A stretch of DNA of 64,000 bases from an uncultured Nitrospiraceae bacterium (GTDB lineage: Bacteria > Nitrospirota > Nitrospiria > Nitrospirales > Nitrospiraceae): the NCBI GenBank assembly GCA_963730935.1, contig CAVSTP010000004.1, forward strand, positions 1,088,001-1,152,000. The letters run 5' to 3'. A program made the translations under genes and the position numbers. Shown here one piece after another: positions 52,335 through 63,134 of this stretch. The notes below the pieces were generated by a model. The model was given only the letters and a program-made list of their open reading frames with translations. It did not search any database and was not told the origin of the DNA. Within the stretch, counting starts at the first letter, position 1. The number at the start of each line of letters is the position of its first letter.

Positions 52335-53582
52335 TCATTGCCCCCGGTGGATGGCGCTGTTCATGGTACCAAGCAGCAAACCATGTAGCCGCTTTGCAAT
52401 TTCTTTCCTGCTGTAGAATTTCTCGGCAGCGAGTCGGCCCGCTTGCCCGAATTGCTTACGTAACGCTAAAGAGGACGCTAATTGGCGGACGGCTTGTTCA
52501 AGACCATTGAGATCGTCGTAGGGAACCGCTAGACCGGCTTTGGCCTCCACAATGCGCCGAGCGGGCTCGCCTACTCCACCAAATAGGATCGGCAACCCGC
52601 TGGCCATCGCCTCGTAGATTTTGCTAGGGACAGCGCCCGGAATTGCAAACTTCAACACGGTAAAGACCCCGTCTGCAGCCGCAAGCAAGGAAGGAATCTT
52701 TTCCTTGGGCTGAGGGCGCAAGATCTTGACATTGTCTAGCTTTTCAGCTTCAACTCGACGTGTGAGCAATTGACGCTCAGGGCCCTCGCCAACGAGCACA
52801 AACTGCACATGGCTCAAATCACGGACTCTTGCGGCCACATCAAGGATCCGTTCCAGACCCTGCGCCACTCCCATAAGCCCTGCGTAAATAAAGGTGATGC
52901 GGCCATTCGCACCCAGTAGTGATCGGGCGTCAGCATCGGCATGTTGGGGGCCGAACCTGTCGATATCGACACCGTTGGTAATGACCTCAGCCGGAGTTGA
53001 AGATCGCTGTCGGACGGATGCCACGATTTCATCCGACTGCCCAGTGACTAAAGCGGCACGCCGGTAGTAAGAGAGCTCGAGTTTCTCCGCCAAGTTCAGC
53101 AACAGCTGGTTTTTCACAACTCCCATGCGCTTAGCCGATTCCGGCCAGAGATCCGATACATTGAAGACATAGGGAATACGCCAATGCTTGGACAGGGCGG
53201 CGGCCGCGAGCCCAATAAAGAGCGGGGGCGACTCGACAAACAAGACGTCCGGCTTCTTGCACAGTTTCTTTCCCCAACGGATCGCAGAGAAGACGAATGA
53301 GTAAAAGCAAACTAGGCGGTTCACGAACCCGCTTTGGGCCGGCCTCAACGGAACTCGGACAACGGAAAGCCGCCCAAGAGATTCTCGTGTGGGCTTGCCT
53401 GGATCGTATCCTTGGTAGACACGGCCTGTAGGATAATTGGGCAAGGCCGTGAGAACCTCGACATCCCACCCCAAGCCTGACAGTTCTTGACCAAGTTCAA
53501 ACAGGCGTGTCTGAGGAGCGCCCATCTCAGGAGGAAAATATTGAGTCAACAAGAGTAAGCGCGGCATTCCGGTGTTATTCAT
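52335..53582 (-). CDS. GT4 glycosyltransferase (WbuB-like)
   Basis: QYFPPE, PNYPTG, SPPLF, DLWPES, PSKIYEAMASG. Confidence 0.92.
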   Translation of the reverse strand: MNNTGMPRLLLLTQYFPPEMGAPQTRLFELGQELSGLGWDVEVLTALPNYPTGRVYQGYDPGKPTRESLGRLSVVRVPLRPAQSGFVNRLVCFYSFVFSAIRWGKKLCKKPDVLFVESPPLFIGLAAAALSKHWRIPYVFNVSDLWPESAKRMGVVKNQLLLNLAEKLELSYYRRAALVTGQSDEIVASVRQRSSTPAEVITNGVDIDRFGPQHADADARSLLGANGRITFIYAGLMGVAQGLERILDVAARVRDLSHVQFVLVGEGPERQLLTRRVEAEKLDNVKILRPQPKEKIPSLLAAADGVFTVLKFAIPGAVPSKIYEAMASGLPILFGGVGEPARRIVEAKAGLAVPYDDLNGLEQAVRQLASSLALRKQFGQAGRLAAEKFYSRKEIAKRLHGLLLGTMNSAIHRGQ

Positions 53583-53615
53583 GAACTGTTGTCCATGGAT
53601 CTGCTTCAGTCTCTG

Positions 53616-54332
53616 TCATCGACTGATTTTCCGAATGGTGCCCAGATAATGAGTGTTGAGTATTCGTAGGCGCTCAAGACCATAACAGCCAAGCCATGTC
53701 CAAGGAGCCAGCACGCGGCTCAAGGGGGGAAGCAGACTGACTTTCTTAAACTCAATGCGGCAGTCCGGGAAAAGGCGTGCGATCTCTGGTTTCATTATCC
53801 CGCGCGTGTCGCGATTCCTGGGATTATTCACGTAGAAGTCGTACCACAGGATCCTACCTTCATCCTTGAGGACACGAAGCATTTCACTAGCCAGCGTCTG
53901 CTTCATATCGACATCAAGTATGGAGGAAAAAACTGTGAATTGAGCGACGACATCAAAACTACTGTCATCGAACGGCATCTTGCTAGCGTTAGCGCACCGT
54001 AGATCTACACCTTGAGGACATAGCTGCCGAGCTCTTTCAACACGGTCAGGAAGAAGATCGATTCCCTTCACCTTATCCGGGGATGCGCCCCATTTGATGA
54101 ACTCGCGGAGCCAATTTCCATTACCACAGCCAATTTCAAGGATGGCTTTATTACCTAGTTCATTTAACCCTTCGGATCGGAGTAATGTCAGAATTCGTCT
54201 TTCCAATTGCTGAATATAAAAAAGATACCCCGGGCTGAACCATGAATAGAGAGGTATTCCTCGTCGAAGCGCATACACACACTTTATACGTGCTTCTTCT
54301 GATTCGAGATCAGTTTTAATTTGATGCACCAT
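53616..54332 (-). CDS. Class I SAM methyltransferase
   Basis: ILEIGCGNG, GIDL, FDVVAQFTVFSSI, EMLRVLK. Confidence 0.88.
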   Translation of the reverse strand: MVHQIKTDLESEEARIKCVYALRRGIPLYSWFSPGYLFYIQQLERRILTLLRSEGLNELGNKAILEIGCGNGNWLREFIKWGASPDKVKGIDLLPDRVERARQLCPQGVDLRCANASKMPFDDSSFDVVAQFTVFSSILDVDMKQTLASEMLRVLKDEGRILWYDFYVNNPRNRDTRGIMKPEIARLFPDCRIEFKKVSLLPPLSRVLAPWTWLGCYGLERLRILNTHYLGTIRKISR

Positions 54333-54485
54333 TATTTCAGCCTTGAACTTGTGCAACCGGGCTGCTTGTGAAGGTATGAACCCTTAGCTTGGAGAAAAAA
54401 TTCTCCCCAATCCTCATCTGACCTGACCTACCTTCCATACAAATTGCCCAACAGCTTACGTAAAGTGTTGACTTCTAACTTTATA

Positions 54486-54528
54486 AATCAGTATCTTGGA
54501 GTCGGTTTTGAGTGGCACGCGTTATGCT
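54486..54528 (+). promoter_or_regulatory. IHF site plus sigma54 promoter
   Basis: AATCAG-TATC-TTG (54486-54498) fits WATCARNNNNTTR; TGGCAC-GCGTT-ATGCT (54513-54528) fits -24/-12. Confidence 0.72.
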
Positions 54529-54594
54529 TCACACGGTTTAACCTTGCAGGAATCGGAAGTACACTTTATTCTCCATTAGAGGTAGAGGTGATTG

Positions 54595-55830
54595 ATGTTG
54601 AAGTCTGCTTTTTATCACAAAGTTCTAAGGGTCCTATGCGTGACTCTGTCCATTCTCATTGGAACAGTGACGGTCGATGCCGCAACTTACTATGTAGCAA
54701 CTACAGGAAACGACTCTAATCCGGGTACGGCGAATCAGCCGTTTCGAACCATTGTTAGAGGTGTGAAGGTCCTGAGAGCCGGTGACAGACTCTACATTCG
54801 TAGCGGAACTTATGGGGAACATATCGACAGTAATGCGTTAACCATTCCGACTGGCACTTCATGGAGCGATGCACCTATCATCTCTGGCCACCCAGGAGAA
54901 AGAGTAATACTTGCGCCAGGATCGGCTCAAATTATCAACTTACCGCATGCCTATATCCAATATGTGAGTTTTGAGAACCTGGTGTTGGATGGACAGAATA
55001 CAAGCAACGAGACGATCAGTGTTGGTTCCTCAGGCGCCCATCACATTCGATTCATAAAAGTAGAGGTCAAAAACGGGGGACATCACGGCGTGACTTTTCA
55101 CTATCCGGGGCACCATATGAGCTTTTCTGGAGGCTCTGTCCACCATATCGGCAACGTCTCGCTCTACCCAAGCCCCGCCTACAAGAATTATGGTTTCTAC
55201 GTCGAAACCTCAGATTGCCTTATAGAGGACACGGAGATCTACAATACAAACAATTACGGGATTCACAACTACACCGGGTTCATAAGCACTAGTAACAATG
55301 TCTATCGCCGCCTGCGCGTCCATCATACAGCGCTACTTGATCCGAGTATGTCCGGCATTCTCTTGAGTAAGGGTGACAACATCAGGGTTTACAATAACCT
55401 GCTGTATTCAAACACCGGTCATGGCATCCAAATTTCGGCATCGGCAACCAGGGCCCAAGTCTACAACAATACGGTATATGGTGGGTCGCAGACCGGCATT
55501 CAAATCCAACGTTCCGTCGTCGGAGCCGCCGTTGTCAACAATATCTCCTATGGTAACGCCAGCGCGCAGATTTCGGACAGTGGAACCGGGACTATTCTTT
55601 CAAAAAACATCACTACTGACCCACGCTTCATGAGTGCAGGCACTTTTGATTTCGGCCTCCAATCGAGCAGCCCTGCGATAGATGCAGGGGATATCCTGAA
55701 TGAGGTCACCACGGATATAAGGCTACTTGCACGACCGCAAGGCACCTCATATGATGTCGGCGCCTATGAAGGCTCTGGAGGAGGAGGGTCGTCCGCACTA
55801 GGTTCACCACGGAATTTGAGAGTGCATTAA
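54595..55830 (+). CDS. Secreted right-handed beta-helix protein (DUF1565/pectate-lyase-like) with short C-terminal tail
   Basis: Signal peptide ending VDA, ATYYVATTGNDSNPGT..PFRTI, GI..YNN repeats, SSPAIDAG...YDVGAYE. Confidence 0.88.
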   Translation: MLKSAFYHKVLRVLCVTLSILIGTVTVDAATYYVATTGNDSNPGTANQPFRTIVRGVKVLRAGDRLYIRSGTYGEHIDSNALTIPTGTSWSDAPIISGHPGERVILAPGSAQIINLPHAYIQYVSFENLVLDGQNTSNETISVGSSGAHHIRFIKVEVKNGGHHGVTFHYPGHHMSFSGGSVHHIGNVSLYPSPAYKNYGFYVETSDCLIEDTEIYNTNNYGIHNYTGFISTSNNVYRRLRVHHTALLDPSMSGILLSKGDNIRVYNNLLYSNTGHGIQISASATRAQVYNNTVYGGSQTGIQIQRSVVGAAVVNNISYGNASAQISDSGTGTILSKNITTDPRFMSAGTFDFGLQSSSPAIDAGDILNEVTTDIRLLARPQGTSYDVGAYEGSGGGGSSALGSPRNLRVH

Positions 55831-55842
55831 TAGGTCTTTGAG

Positions 55843-57241
55843 TCAAACCTTCTCGTCTTGAGGAGGAAGTTTAGAGATTACAGCCCTGAATTTCCCATTT
55901 ACTCCTCGAGGCACCTGCGAGATTGATTCCATCACTACATCCACAATTCCCATCCGCTCCCGGAGTCTTTGGGCAATCAGCATTTCGTGCTTTGGCTTAA
56001 AGTCTGGAGTAGGCACATATCGCACTCTCACACGGTTGAGCGCTTCTTGAATGATTTGAGCTTCATGTATGGGGAGATCGCCTTTAAACAAAGGATCGAG
56101 TCTCCCTATCCTCCTACCATCGATCGTATGAAGTACATCATCAGCTCTCCCATCGATTGATTTCACTATGGGTAGAGTCCGTCCGCATTGGCAGGCAGCA
56201 GAATCGTCGGCCGACACTCCTCGATCCCCTGTTCTGTAACGGATTAACGGCATATCGGCGTTCAGTATGCCCGTACATATCAAATCGCCGGAAACGCCAT
56301 GTGGCACAGCGCGGCCGTCTTCCATGACCTCAGTCCAGCCGACTTCTGGCCACATGTGCAAGCCGTTCTGCGGACATTCGCTGGCTGCTGCGACAATTTC
56401 TGCCATCCCGTAGGTTTCTCGTACCGGACATTTAAACGCTTGAGCGATGGTGTCGCGTTGGTAGTCATAGAGGGGTTCAGCATTTGTGATTGCTGAGTGA
56501 CATCCAAATCTTGCTTTTTGGCTTCCAAAGCAGCCTGTGCCAAGGCATAGAGGGAGGAGGAGTACCCATAGAGGTAAGTAATTTCATAACGAGCAATCGC
56601 ATTGAGATAGTGTCCCACGAGATCAGGCGCTAAATGGTACGACGACATATAGAGTTGGTTCAGCCCTTTGTTCCATACCCAGAAAGGCGGCTGCCGTTGG
56701 CTGACTGGAGTGACGAGTTGACCTCCCAACATTGCCCAACGGTCATGTCGAGAAAGGCCGTGCCACCGCCGCCATCGAGCCTCCGCAATTGCATACCATT
56801 CTCGAACCGTTTTCAGAGTCCACCATAGATCCAATGGCTTGCCACTGGTTCCGCTGGTGTGCTCTCTGAACATTTTCCGCACATCACAGTCATCGGCGAC
56901 AAAGGCGCGCGCGTTATTTCTGATAGAGTCCTTCTCAAGGATCGGCCAATTTTCCAAGTACTGCCACGAAGTCTTGTCGCCTTTCATGCGGCGAGCAGTC
57001 CACAGTTCCCGATAGTACGGGACTTTGGTCGCCGCACGATGCAGCACATATCCAAGGCGCTCCTCATGCCAGAATTTCCACTTAGACGCAGACCAGTACT
57101 CTCGATCAAGCGCTTCTTCGACTAGGCGATCAGTCTCGGCCCCGTAACGCCAGGAATGAAGATAAAATCCCCTAAGACTAGCGGCTACCAACGCAGCGGC
57201 GCTGGAAGGCAATGGTAGATTGTGAGCAGAGTGTCCTTCAT
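55843..57241 (-). pseudogene. Phenylacetate-CoA ligase / CapK-like adenylate-forming protein, frameshifted
   Basis: ATG 57241 MKDTLLTIYH; TSGTSGKP in 56280-57212; MPLIRYRTGD, IDGRADD, GKFR in 55843-56406; at least two frame changes. Confidence 0.75.
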
Positions 57242-57244
57242 CGG

Positions 57245-58300
57245 TTATGTTTGCCGGCGACGTCGATCAATAGACGCTCCCATCTTGGCAGGATGTTTGA
57301 CCAATCAAACTCCTCCACTTTTCAACGTGCGTATAAGATAGCCGCTGGGCTAATCCATCTTCGGTTAAAAGGCGCCGCGCTGCTTTGGCCATGCACGTAT
57401 CGTCATCGCTGGGAACAAGAAGTGCATCATGCTCATTTTCCAGCATATACAGGGATGCACCGACATTTGTGCTGATAATGCATAGACCAGAGGCCATAGC
57501 CTCGAGAACGCTCACTGGTGTATTGTCCACTCGAGCCGTATTCAGAAAGATATCCCCTTCATGAAGTCGCTGTGGAATGTCCTCTTTACGGACAGGACCC
57601 GCCATTGAATTCTGTCTACAACACCAAGCTTTACCGCTAAATTGTTCACCGCTTGAAGACTCCCATCCTCTTTATCAGGACCCATCATGAGCAACTGAGC
57701 ACTTGGGAAGTCTTCTACCAGACACGCAAGGACACGCACGGCGAGCGAAGGATTGTAGACATCATGAAAAGCCCTAAGCCATACCAATCTAGGAGCTGGA
57801 TTCATACGATGCTTAAATGAATACACGGCCAGATTCAATGGATTGGGCAAGAGAAACAGGTCCTGGCGGTAGGGACGCATCTGCTTGAAGAGGTAGGGTG
57901 AAGGTGCGATGACAATGGAGGCACTTTGCAGTAAGTGCGGAACCCTTTTACCAGTGTCCTGAGCAAACGCTGGAAGATTCCCACCACGAAGTATCAAGAC
58001 GTACGGCTTCTTCATGAATCGTAAAGCCCAAGCGACGAGCTCTGCCCAGACGAATGCAAGGCCGCTATAAACATCGACCTGCGCAACCGCATATCGGTGT
58101 CTGTGCCGCCATACAGTCCAAAGAAAATCCAATAGGCGGGTGAAGCGATTACGCCTATCAGACGTTGTGAGCACTGACCAACCATCAGTCTTGAGCCTAG
58201 CCGCAAGGTCTTCGCATACACCGCGAGTTCCCGCCGCCGCTGATAGAAAATTTCCGACTAGGAGCACTGGAGGCCGATGACGAATCTCAGAATCCTGCAT
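57245..58300 (-). pseudogene. GT4 glycosyltransferase, frameshifted
   Basis: ORFs 57542-58300 and 57267-57605 (DNTPVSVLEAMASG, STNVG), then FDWSNILPRWE in another frame. Confidence 0.75.
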
Positions 58301-58390
58301 TTGATTGGGTCTACTTGTTTTTGTTGCTTATCCGAGAGCTGAGTCGACGGATTTCTAGTATGCGAGCGGTGCTGGTCGGGTGGGATGAGT

Positions 58391-59594
58391 CTATCGCTTC
58401 GAAAACCGTTTTAGTCCACCAGCCAACCAACGTAAGATCATTCCCGCATGCTCTAGACGAGCCTTTTTTAGAGACTCTAAGACAAATGACCAATTGCCGT
58501 GAAGAATATGAAACCAAATGACCTTGACGATGCCTATGGTGTTTCGTTCGGCCCGCTGCTGTTTAAAAGCTTCAAGAAAGTTCCTTTTCAGTTCATCACT
58601 GATCCGCGCGAGCCGAGTAAGAATATTTATGCCTCGCACACCGTTGGCCCAGTGGACCTTGCAATCATCACCAATCCAAATAGGAAGTGCGGTCAACTCT
58701 GCCACACCATGCCGGTCCATGACACATAAAAAAACCGCACTTTCGTTCTGCTCCCGCACCATCACTGGCGTTTTTACGTTGCCTTCTGTCCAATCAAATA
58801 TGAAGTTGCCTAGGTTATAACAGCACCACCCACGCCTCTCAGGGGTTACCTGTACTCCTTGGAGGATATGTGCATGGTGCATCAAAATGAGGTCGGCACC
58901 TTCGGCCATAAGGAATTCAGCCATCGCCTTGTGCTCTGGACGAGGATAGTCCATGTACATCAATCCGATGTGAATAGACACAATCAACAGGTCTACGTCG
59001 GCCCGATTACGCTTGGTCGCGTCAAGCAACTCGTCTTCGGAGAATTCCCAGTAGTGCGGTCCTAAAGCACCTTGAGCAATCAGCGTTCGTCCGCAGCCCA
59101 GCCAGCCAATGCGAAGCCCGTTTATATCCGTCCTGACTAACGCCTGAGCTGAAGCAGGATTGTCGCCAACCCCGAGCGGAACCAAATCTGCTTTCATTAC
59201 TGCATCGAGCGTTGCAACAAGCCCGGCACTGCCGTAATCGTAGACGTGATTATTGGCCAAACTTATCAAGTCGAATCCACTTCTCTTGAGGAGTGCTGCA
59301 CCAGTCGCAGGAGCTGAGAACAGCTGGTTGGGAGCAAATCTCCCCGCTAAGAGGTGACTCTAAATTACCAAAGGTAATATCAGCGTTATGAAAGAGCGGG
59401 ACAATCTCTCAGCAAAGAGTTCATCCGATGCCTCTGTGGAGCGCAAATTCGCTGTGAGCACAACCAGAAAGACCGATATCCCCAACAGCGCACACCTGAA
59501 CCGTCGGTCCTACAGTGGGAAACTTTGTTATCAGTAGTGCAGAGAGGTCGTCTGGCACTAGATCTGTGATGGTTCGAGCCTTAACAACTGACAT
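58391..59594 (-). pseudogene. CapA/PgsA-like metallophosphatase-family protein, frameshifted
   Basis: AVGDIGL in the upstream fragment; SLANNHVYDYG, VSIHIG, HHAHILQ, YNLGNFIFD downstream. Confidence 0.75.
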
Positions 59595-59746
59595 TCCGCG
59601 GGATTCTCCTGACTCATGGTAGACCTTTGCTATCAATGTAGTCACGTTCAGAAGGGATAGAGTGGTTCTCCTCCGGAAGATGCCAACCATCTCCGCCGAT
59701 GCTGCACATTGCTCAGTTCACGAACGGTGGAGACGGCTCACAATCG

Positions 59747-61682
59747 TCAAGCTATGTCAACATATTGCCTAGCCCATAACTCAAACATAAGCAGGATCCA
59801 AACGCGGTGCCGCAGTTGATAGGTGCTGATATCCAATGCATTTCCAGCCTTTTCAGACAAAATCGCCCCGCGTAAGCGCTCGACAGCTTTCAGATTGAAC
59901 ATGCCTCTACGTTTCACTGATTCTGCTGAAAGGCAATCATCCAGTAATGTTCTTAGCTCACCGCCCTTGAACCAAGCCCCGAAGGGGACCTCAAAGCCAG
60001 ACTTGCCCCGGGTGGTTATTTCGCGCGGAAGTACATCAGCCATGGCTTCTTTGAATATAGCTTTCTTCTGTGTCCATGTGAGCTTCATTTCCGTTGGGAT
60101 CGTTGCCGAAAATTCTACAAGTTTATGATCCAAGAATGGGCAACGCACTTCGAGAGAGCAGGCCATCGACATCCTATCACTTTCACTAGGGCATCGTCGG
60201 CCAGTTGGTTTCCAGATATAGAGCCATGAACGCTGCCACAAGATATTCTGATCAGTAAACTTTGCTAATCGGTCGCCCACAATATCCAGGCTAGAAACAC
60301 CATTCGTGATACGGCGAAATCAGCTCGTATAAGGCAGGCTAATCCCTTGGCAAAGTAACTTAACAAGCGCAGAATGCGCTCGGGTTCTGAGGCTCGGCTT
60401 AAAGAGAGCGCCTTCTCCAGGCGCCGAAGCTTTTCGCGGGCCCCAGCCCATCGAGAAGAGAGCAGCGCGAGGCTCTCTCGGCATACCCAACCCGTACCCG
60501 CAGCGACTGGCCAAGGCACACGGCCCAACCACCCCAGCCAACGTACGTACTGATAGCGCGGATACCCGGCAAACAATTCATCCCCTCCATCCCCCGAAAG
60601 CGCAACAGTGACGTGCTTGCGAGCCAGCTTTGACACCTGGAAAGTGGCCATGGCGGAAGAATCAGCAAACGGCTCGTCGAGATACCAAACCAAGCGCTGT
60701 AGTAACTCAGCCCCTATCGGCCGCACAACTTCTTCAGTATGATCTGTGCCAAAAGCTCGCGAGACAATCCGGGCATAGTGAGTTTCATCGAATCGACTAT
60801 CCTCAAAGCCCATGCTGAATGTTTTCACTGAACCAATGAGTGCTTCTTGACTCATTAGCCCTACCACGGCTGAAGAGTCCACACCGCCACTAAGGAATGC
60901 TCCTAAAGGTACGTCACTTCGCAGGCACATACGAACTGACTCTCTCATCCTATCCCGCAGCCCTTCGACGAAATAGGATCGCGGCTTCGTGCGATCAGGT
61001 TGTGGCCGTACCTGCCAGTACCGACTCACCTGTATGGAGCCGGAACCGGTATTGGCGACCAGCATATGGGCGGGTGGCAGTTTGCTGACGCTCCTCAAGA
61101 TGGACTTAGGAGCAGGCACGTAGAGAAAAGTTAAATAGTGATGAACCGCTTCCGGATCGACCTCACGGACCAACTTCGGCCACTGCAATAGCGCTTTTAT
61201 CTCAGATCCAAAAGCCAGCTGATTGTCACGTACCGCCCAAAACAAAGGCTTTTCCCCAATGCGATCTCGAACCAAGATCAGTCGCCGGTTGGGACTGTCC
61301 CACAGGGCAATGGCAAACATGCCGCGGAAACGCTGCACAAAGTCTATGCCATAGGCTTCATAAGCGTGGACAATGACTTCCGTATCCGACTGAGTACGAA
61401 ATTGATGACCTAATTTCTGCAGCTCCACTCGTAATTCGACAAAGTTATAGATTTCTCCATTGAACATAGCCCAGATTTTCTTGTTCTCATTGCAAACCGG
61501 TTGATGTCCTGTCTCTAAATCAATAACCCGAAGGCGGCGAAATCCAAACGCCATGGGGCCATCAATCAGAGAGCCTTCTTCATCAGGCCCTCGATGGACG
61601 AGGGCTGAGGCCATCCGTGTCACAACAAGCGGCTCTCTGAAGGGCACGGCATAAGATTCAATATTCCGGCAATTCCACACAC
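59747..61682 (-). pseudogene. asnB: Asparagine synthase-like glutamine amidotransferase, frameshifted
   Basis: GTG 61682 gives MCGIAGILN out of frame with HRGPD, FNGEIYN, RDRIG, LSGGVDSS, SGDGGDELFAGY; DRMSMACSLEVRCPFLD is in a further ORF. Confidence 0.82.
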
Positions 61683-61878
61683 AGCACAGCTCCCATCGTT
61701 TGCCAAGGCTTAATGACGGTTCACGATCTTGAATTGTCGTCGACGATCAACTTTTTGTGCGTTTTCTAGAATCATTTGACAGTTAGTGAGCAAAGAGACT
61801 CGGCAGGGTTTATTGAACTTATCACCTAAGATTCAGCCCACTATGCAAACGTCAAAACCTCGTACGAGATTTTGTTTC

Positions 61879-62994
61879 TCATGCCATTCCTCTCGCCACA
61901 TACGCATTCTCGTAAATTGTAACCATCCGTGCCACCATCGATTCGACACTGAATTCACAGATCATTTTTTCCATCCCAGCTTTACCCATGCGTTGGCGCA
62001 AGCCAGGGTCAAGCAGGAGTTTCTGGAGATGCTCCGCCAAACAATTTACATCATTGGGCTTTACAAGAAATCCTGTAGCACCGTCGTCGATCAGTTCTGG
62101 GACTCCTGCTACATCTGAAGCAACTACGGGAAGCCCTGCGGCCGAAGCTTCCATGACCACATTAGGCATACCTTCCTGATTGATGGAGGGCATGCAATGC
62201 ACATCAAAGGCAGAGTAGTATGTCATTGCGTTAGGAATAGCACCTAGGAAGTAGAAACTGTCCTTAGGCAAACATGAAGCCGCTTGTTGCTTAAGATCCG
62301 GCAGTATGGGACCGTCACCGAGCATGACAAGTGTAAATGGCACTCGTCTGTTGGCAATCACTTTAAGCGCCTGAATCAATAAAGAGAAGTTTTTTCTGGC
62401 ACCATAGAGCCTACCGCACCGATTATCGGCGATGAACTCGATATGCCGAGGCGCGTGCGCAGTTGTTGTTTACCTTGCCAGCTCATCGCGTGTCGGGGGA
62501 TTTCTCCGCCATTAGGCACTACATTCACGGTGAGATGAGGACGATGACTTCGGAGGAATTGAGCGGCTGGCCTGCTATTGGTTATCAGCGCATCCTGGCC
62601 CCACAAAGACAAGTTATACCATGTACCTAACGCTTTCTGAGAGGCATGTTGATTACAACGCTCAGAGCCCACACGTATCGGTATGCCGGCGAGGCGGCCA
62701 CCCATTGCGGCATAGAAATTCGTATGCATTGTCCAGGAATGCACTAGATTCACTCGTGCAGCCTTCAAAATCTTCCGAATTTCAAGCAATCGAAACACAC
62801 GAGGCACATTCATTCTTGTCTGATAGACCGGTACGCCGACTTCGAGGAGTGCTTTCTCCCAATACTCTCCTTTTCGATGACTTATGTAATCACAGAGACC
62901 TCCCAGCCTTTCTCAAGCAATCCTCTAGCAAGTAAAAAGAGCTGCCTCTCAGCGCCACCTAGACCTAATTGACCGGTATAAAACTTATTCCCAT
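61879..62994 (-). pseudogene. GT4 glycosyltransferase, frameshifted
   Basis: GQLGLGGAERQL near 62970-62940, ORF 62376-62813, and ORF 61879-62379 (EGMPNVVMEASAAGLPVVAS); at least three breaks. Confidence 0.75.
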
Positions 62995-63134
62995 GCGACT
63001 ATTAATCACGATGGCGAAACCTTATGAAGGTAAGAACAGGTACGCTCTTAGATGAGATTCCACCGTTACCGTACAAGAATTCGTGAGACTAGAACCTAGC
63101 AAGGCTCCTAAAACTGAGGCAGATTTTGTTGCTG

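Noticed and set aside
58391..59594. Poly-gamma-glutamate capsule synthesis
   Set aside because: Only a CapA-like domain is present, with no capB or capC in the window; CapA-like genes are common in polysaccharide loci.
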